Assembly: GCA_003693705.1 (NCBI GenBank) | Contig: RBZT01000967.1 | Coordinates: forward strand, 1-42,149 | Origin: Polymyxa betae A26-41 | Lineage: Eukaryota > Protista > Endomyxa: Phytomyxea | Direction: 5' to 3' | DNA: 42,149 nucleotides | Shown here: piece by piece, positions 36,686 to 42,149 of the stretch | Position numbering within the stretch: the first letter of the stretch is position 1 | How the letters are laid out: each line of letters begins with the position of its first letter | Position numbers and translations under genes: made by a program | Notes under the pieces: generated by a model | Told to the model about the DNA's origin: nothing | Seen by the model: the letters and a program-made list of their open reading frames with translations, nothing else | Database searches by the model: none

Positions 36686-37371
36686 GAGCGCGTTTGGATA
36701 CCACGCAATTTCAGAATCGGAGTTTGCGGAAACCGGATTTCTATTTAGTAGAAACCGGTTTTCGCAAAATCTGGATTTTAAATACTTGCGGGCACCAAAC
36801 ACAAACTTGGAATGACAGGCGACGCCAGGCTGTGGCTCTGGACGGGAAATGGTATGCCGAGACCTATTGCATTAAACAGCCTTGTCCTACGTCAACGCTT
36901 CAAGGCCTGCAATGGGTCCAGGAATTAATAACCGGGAATCCGGTGTGAATTTACGAATGTCTTCGTATGAGCTCCCCTATATTCAATAAGCTGAAACGCG
37001 AACTGCTCAGCTGTGCGGGTTTACAGCCCACTCGCAACATGAGTTTCGACGAAATGCTTGCAATATTCCTTTTCACCGTGTCCCACAGCTCGAAGAACAG
37101 GGATGCACAAGAACGATTTCAAAGGAGCGGGGAAACCATTAGCAGGAAAGTTTCGTATTAATTTATCGCAACAAATTGTTTTAAATTTCTCCAATGCAGG
37201 GTTCTGCATGGGGTTACGAATGCCAGTTGCTCGCTTGCTGAGAAATTCATTACGCTGCCTGCACTGAAACCTCCCCAGTGATCAAGAACAATCCTAAATT
37301 TTATCCTTTTTTCAAGGATTGTAGGATGGCGCTGGGCGGGACACATATCCCAGCATTTGTTCCTACGTCCT
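36686..37371 (+). mobile_element. Degenerate PIF/Harbinger element (5' part), interrupted by the LTR retrotransposon
   Basis: TTA then GAGCGCGTTTGGA (PIF/Tourist-like TIR). Transposase fragments KQPCPTSTLQGLQWVQEL, LRMSSPIF, EMLAIFLF, ERFQRSGETISR and FYPFFKDC..ALGGTHIP (DGTH catalytic Asp replaced by Gly). In-frame TGA at 36946-36948. Confidence 0.88.
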
Positions 37372-37567
37372 TGTCATGATTCACTACTTCCGNNNNNNNN
37401 NNNNNNNNNNNNNNNNNNNNNNNNNNNNNNNNNNNNNNNNNNNNNNNNNNNNNNNNNNNNNNNNNNNNNNNNNNNNNNNNNNNNNNCTATTCGATTCTTA
37501 TAACTCTTGTTTGCCTGTTTCTTCGTAGCCTTCACTTATTCTTCCTCGCCCTGTCCCAGTCCTCACA
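37372..37567 (+). repeat. 5' LTR (contains N gap 37393-37486)
   Basis: Starts TGTCATGA exactly where Harbinger homology stops and ends CCTCACA 48 nt before the gag ATG. Candidate 5-bp TSD GTCCT at 37367-37371. Confidence 0.75.
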
Positions 37568-37615
37568 TTAGATTCGAGAATCCTAGTTCCTATTTAGTGC
37601 ACCCGAACAAGACCC

Positions 37616-38545
37616 ATGATCGTTAACGGCGCCCCTTTCGACGCTACAAACCCTGAACACGTTGCCATTGTCGTCGCAGAGCTCGCCGGCAAAGTTTCAG
37701 ACCTGCAACTATCCAAGGAGCAGCTAGAACAACGCAACGCCGAGCTCTCCCAGCAGATGCAATCTCAAACCCTAACCCTAGCCAAGAAACCGACCGCAGC
37801 ACCCAAGCTCCCTCTCCCAGAAAAATACGACGGAAAGCGTCAGCAGTTCCGCCAATTTATTAATAGTGTCAAGCTTCAGTTCTCGGTCTCCCACGACCGC
37901 TTCCCCACCGACGCCTCCAAGACCGGGTTCGTCGCCTCGCTGCTCCGGGGCGCCGCCCTGGACTGGATCACGCCATACCTCGAGCTCCAGGATCCCATGC
38001 TTTCTTCATGGGAGTCTTTCGAAGAAAAATTCAAAGCCATGTTTGACGACCCTCACCGTGCCAAGACCGCCGTCAGTAAGCTGACGCAGCTTAGACAAGG
38101 CAGACGTCCCGTCGTCGCCTACGCTGCCGAGTTCCGGCGCATTGTCATGGACGCCGACTTCGACAAAAACGCGCAAGTATACTGGTTCCGTGCCGGACTG
38201 ACCGACGCCATCCTCGACGAGCTCACACATACAGCCGCCGAGACAGATTTAGAGAAGTTCATCGCGCAGTGCGTGCTGATCGATACCCGCCTTCGTGAAA
38301 GAGAAGTGGAACGGAAGCGCCGTTCTGGGTTCGCAACCCCACCCACATCCACATCCAGCTCAGTCCCGAATGATCCCATGATCCTTGATTCTACCACTAC
38401 TTCTACCCGCCGTGGCCCCATCTTTGCCGAAGAAAGGAAGCGACGAATCGAGAACAACCTCTGTCTTTATTGTGGAGGATCTGGCCACCAGAAAGTAAGC
38501 TGCCCAACCAAGCCGGGAAACGGGCAGTCACGTCAACAGAGTTGA
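37616..38545 (+). CDS. gag: Retrotransposon Gag (capsid + CCHC zinc knuckle)
   Basis: LPEKYDG, SLLRGAALDW, LRQGRRPV..YAAEF, DPMILD, CLYCGGSGHQKVSC. Confidence 0.95.
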   Translation: MIVNGAPFDATNPEHVAIVVAELAGKVSDLQLSKEQLEQRNAELSQQMQSQTLTLAKKPTAAPKLPLPEKYDGKRQQFRQFINSVKLQFSVSHDRFPTDASKTGFVASLLRGAALDWITPYLELQDPMLSSWESFEEKFKAMFDDPHRAKTAVSKLTQLRQGRRPVVAYAAEFRRIVMDADFDKNAQVYWFRAGLTDAILDELTHTAAETDLEKFIAQCVLIDTRLREREVERKRRSGFATPPTSTSSSVPNDPMILDSTTTSTRRGPIFAEERKRRIENNLCLYCGGSGHQKVSCPTKPGNGQSRQQS

Positions 38546-38547
38546 CG
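38515..38547 (+). other. Programmed -1 ribosomal frameshift signal between gag and pol
   Basis: G GGA AAC heptamer at 38515-38521, in phase with gag. After a 9-nt spacer comes the stem-loop CGTCAAC-AGA-GTTGACG. The protease ORF is in the -1 frame. Confidence 0.85.
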
Positions 38548-41500
38548 GGCAACACGGTCAGTCCTTCTCCACCATCTCCAATTCCTTTAAGCGTTTCGCC
38601 TATTTATTCTTTTCCTCGTTCTTGTTCCTCTCGTTCTTCTGTAAGTTCCTATTTTTCCGATTATTCCGACAGTCTCCCTAGTTCCCCTAGTTTCAATTTA
38701 CCTAGTTTCCCTGCCTTCCTTGACCCTATGAATGTTTCGCCTCGTTCCGTTCCGCTTGGAAAGTCTAATTGCACTAAACGCTCCGCTCCCGGTTTCCATA
38801 CTAATACTTCTTGTCGTCCCGCCGTCTTATCTGGCGCCGCCGCCGGCCCCTCCACCGCTGGCCCCTCCAGCTTCTGTGATTGTGTCCCGCCTCAGTCCAC
38901 CTGTTTACAAACTAAGCTAATCATCAAAGGCAAAGTTGTTGATGCTCTTATCGATTCCGGAGCGTCATCACTCTTCATGGACCGGCATTTTGCCGAAAAG
39001 TTCGCCATCCACCTCGATGCCCTTCCTGCCCCCGTCTCTGTGAAAACCATCGATGGTTCCGACCTGAAACAAGGCGACGTCAAGTTCTGCACATCCCCAG
39101 TCGAAATCCAGACTTGCCTAGGTCGAGAACAGCTCTGCTTCTATATCATCGACACTCCACGCCAGCCCATCGTTCTTGGCGCGCCTTGGCTGGAGAAGCA
39201 TAACCCAGACATCGACTGGCGCCAAAGCGAGATCAAGCTCCGTGGCTGCCGACATCATTGTGACCCAGATTCCGTCCCTATCGTCTCCATCAGCTTCGCC
39301 GACTCTGATGAATTTCTGCAACAAAGCTGCGGTGCGCAGCTCTGGTGCGCAGCTCTTCTCTATCGACATCATCCCAGCCGAGCGGCAAGAAGCTCCCGAG
39401 TTCCCGCCGCAGTATCACGACTTCTCGGACGTCTTAGATACGTCGATCCAGGACTCACTCCCTCCTCATCGGCAATACGATTGCGCGATTGATCTTGAAC
39501 CTGGCAAGCAACCTCCGTTCGGCCCGATCTACCCCCTGAGCGAACCTGAAGCCGCAGCACTTCGCGACTTCCTCGCCGAACACCTCCCGAAGCGGTTCAT
39601 CACAGAATCGACTCCCCCCGCTGGCGCCCCTGTCCTGTTCGTCCGCAAGAAAGATGGGAGCCTTCGCCTCTGCATCGACTACCGCGGCCTGAACGCCCTC
39701 ACGATCCGAAATCGTTACCCGCTCCCGCTGATCAACCAGCTCCTCGACCGACTCCGTTCGGCCAAAGTGTTCACCCGCATCGACCTACGTTCGGCATACT
39801 ACCTCCTGCGCGTACGTAAAGGTGACGAGTGGAAAACCGCTTTTCGAACCCCTTTTGGCCATTTTCAGTTTAATGTTATGCCTTTTGGTTTGACTAATGC
39901 TCCGGCTACTTTTCAACATTTCCTGAACGATATTTTCCGACCTTTTCTTGAACAATTTGTGATTATCTACCTTGACGACATTTTGATCTTTTCTAAAACC
40001 CGTTCTGATCACGAGATTCATGTTCGTAAGGTTTTGCAAATTTTACGCGAGCATAGGCTTTGCGCTAAGCTCGAGAAATGTGATTTTCTACTTCTCAGAC
40101 AGAATNNNNNNNNNNNNNNNNNNNNNNNGAAAAATGTTAAAGCTGTTCAATCTTTCCTTGGCTTTGCAAATTTCTATCGTCGTTTTATCCAGAACTTTTC
40201 TGCCATTGTCCGACCCTTAACTCTACTAACGCGAAAAGATACTCCATTCTCATGGACTCAAGAATACGAATCCGCATTCGCCGCCCTGAAGGCAGCTTTC
40301 ACTTCCGCACCAATCCTCGCCCATGTTGACCCCTCGAAGCCCTTCATCCTCGAAACCGACGCCAGCGACTTCGCCATTGGCGCCATCCTGTCCCAGCCCG
40401 ACTCCCAAAGTATCCTCCATCCCTGTTGCTTCTACTCCACAGTCCTGAACCCTGCGGAACCTCGTTACGATATCCGCGACAAAGAGCTCCTGGCGATCAA
40501 GGCCGCCTGTACCGCATGGCGACACTACTTTGAAGGCGCCCACCATCCNNNNNNNNNNNNNNNNNNNNNNNNNNNNNNNNNNNNNNNNNNNNNNNNNNNN
40601 NNNNNNNNNNNNNNNNNNNNNNNNNNNNNNNNNNNNNNNNGCTACCGTCCTGGTGCTCGCAACGGCAAAGCCGACGCCTCTCTCGTCGACCCGATCTTGA
40701 AGCCTCCCGTCTTAACCTCCCATCGTTTTCCATGTTCCGCCCCGAATCCTTTCCCTATGATCCTGCCTCTGCCTCCGCCGCTGGTTCCGTACCAGCTTAT
40801 ATCCCTGTTCCTGTTCCGGGTCCTGTTCCCGAATCCCTCCATGCCCCTAGTCACGAATCTGGTTCCGTTCCAGCTCCTGTCCCCGTCCCTGTTCCTGATC
40901 CTGTCCCTGCTTCCTCAGCCCTCCTAGTTCAGGTGGCCAGCACTGGCCTCACCTCCCCTGCTTTCTACGACCGTCTCGTCCAAGCGACCGCCAAAGGCGA
41001 GTATGCCCTGTCCAAGCTCGATGAGCTCTCTCCCGACTCCGAGTTTTCGCAATCCGGAAATCTCCTTCTTTTCCGAAACCGCATCTATGTCCCCGACATC
41101 GACGACTGCCGCCTCGCTGTCCTCCGGTCTTGTCACGATGCTCCAACGGCTGGCCATTTCGGCTCGGCCCGTACCCTCGAGCTCGTCAAGCGAAGCTATT
41201 GGTGGCCTGGTCTCTCCGCCTACGTCAAGGCTTATGTCTCCTCCTGCGACACCAGTGCCCGGGCCAAGTCTTCCAGACAAAAGCCTGCCGGCCTCCTCCA
41301 GCCGCTCCCTGTTCCTCTGCGCCCATTCAGCTCGGTTGGTCTCGATTTCATCACCGACCTTCCCGAGTCCAGTGGTTCCAACTGCATCCTGGTCTTCGTT
41401 GATCGCCTCACCAAGACTGGCCATTTCATCCCCTGCCATGGCCCTCCCGATGCTGAATCGACAGCTCACATGTTCCTGTCCACCATCGTCCGTCTTTACG

Positions 41501-42149
41501 GCGTCCCCGACCAGATCATCAGCGATCGTGGTCCTCAATTCATCTCGAAGTTCTGGAACCGCCTCTTCGAACTTCTTGGAGCAGATGTCTCTCTAACATC
41601 CGGTTACCACTGCCAAACAAACGGTCAAACCGAACGCCTCAACCAAGTCCTCGAGCAGTACCTCCGCTGCTACACCTCCTACCGCCAATCCGACTGGTCT
41701 CAGCTCCTTCCTCTCGCCGAATTCTCCTACAACAACTCTCAACATGCCGCTACTGGTGTGTCCCCGTTCTTCGCGCTTCGTGGTTATCATCCTAAATTTG
41801 ATCCTGCTATCCCCTCCACTGCCCAAGTTCCTCGTGCCGAATCTTACGCCAAGTCCCTCACCGAGCTCCACTCCTGGCTCCGCGACCAGATCTCCGTCGC
41901 CCAGCAACGCTATCAAGACTATGCTGATCGTCATCGTGCTCCTGCCCCTACCTACTCCGTTGGTGACCGTGTCTGGTTGTCAACCTCTAACATCCCCTCC
42001 GCCCGTCCCTGCCCCAAACTTTCGTCCCGAAAGATTGGTCCCTTCCCCATCAAACGCGTCTTAGGTCCTGTTATTGTTGAACTCGACCTCCCGCCATCAA
42101 TGAAAATCCACCCGGTCTTCCACGTTTCTCTCCTCACCTCTTCCCAACA
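38520..42149 (+). pseudogene. pol: Pol polyprotein (PR-RT-RNaseH-IN) broken by frameshifts
   Basis: ALIDSGA; [31 protein letters not shown]; ETDASDFAIGAILSQ, DKELLAI; HDAPTAGHFG, LDFITDLP, SDRGPQF, NGQTERLNQ, GPF module, IHPVFHVSLL. Lesions: 13-bp tandem duplication 39331-39356, 1-nt loss at KADA/LSRR (~40679), and the second Cys of the HHCC motif changed to Ser. Confidence 0.93.

Larger units (their letters stand above)
37372..42149 (+). mobile_element. Ty3/Gypsy LTR retrotransposon (sushi/PEG10/chromovirus-like), defective; continues beyond the window
   Basis: TG...CA LTR, then gag, protease, RT, RNase H and integrase in Gypsy order. Three assembly gaps. Confidence 0.96.

Noticed and set aside
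40924-41934. ORF-track entries such as 40924-41538(-), 41003-41596(+) and 41593-41934(-)
   Set aside because: Shadow frames of the integrase, whose true frame is open to the window end and is therefore not listed.

Overview
Gene-dense eukaryotic DNA with many short (~45-60 nt) GT-AG introns. It comes from a flagellated microbial eukaryote with a compact genome; a plasmodiophorid/rhizarian-like protist is plausible, but that is inference only. A ~33 kb core holds about 16 protein genes: sedolisin/TPP1, two AIG1/rolling-stone paralogs, GDT1/TMEM165, p24, an STI1-thioredoxin-PUL fusion, a multi-cNMP-domain protein, PP2A B55, an acidic orphan, a bacterial-type 2-methylcitrate synthase ending in SKL, UBC1/UBE2K, PRR11/MTFR1-like, PACS-like, NAC-alpha, USP39, RPA3 and DLEC1-like. 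Decayed transposons flank the core: PIF/Harbinger remnants on the left, and a nested mariner > Harbinger > Ty3/Gypsy stack on the right. Most notable observations: (1) two sharply bounded AT-rich islands with a distinctive dinucleotide texture that coincide with the two likely flagellar genes; (2) an apparently self-compensating double frameshift in the prpC-like gene; (3) the STI1-Trx-PUL architecture; (4) a head-to-head pair of 'animal-type' genes (PACS-like and PRR11/MTFR1-like); (5) intergenic TACNGTA heptamers resembling Tc1/mariner excision footprints. All family calls are motif recognition by eye, and no database search was run.
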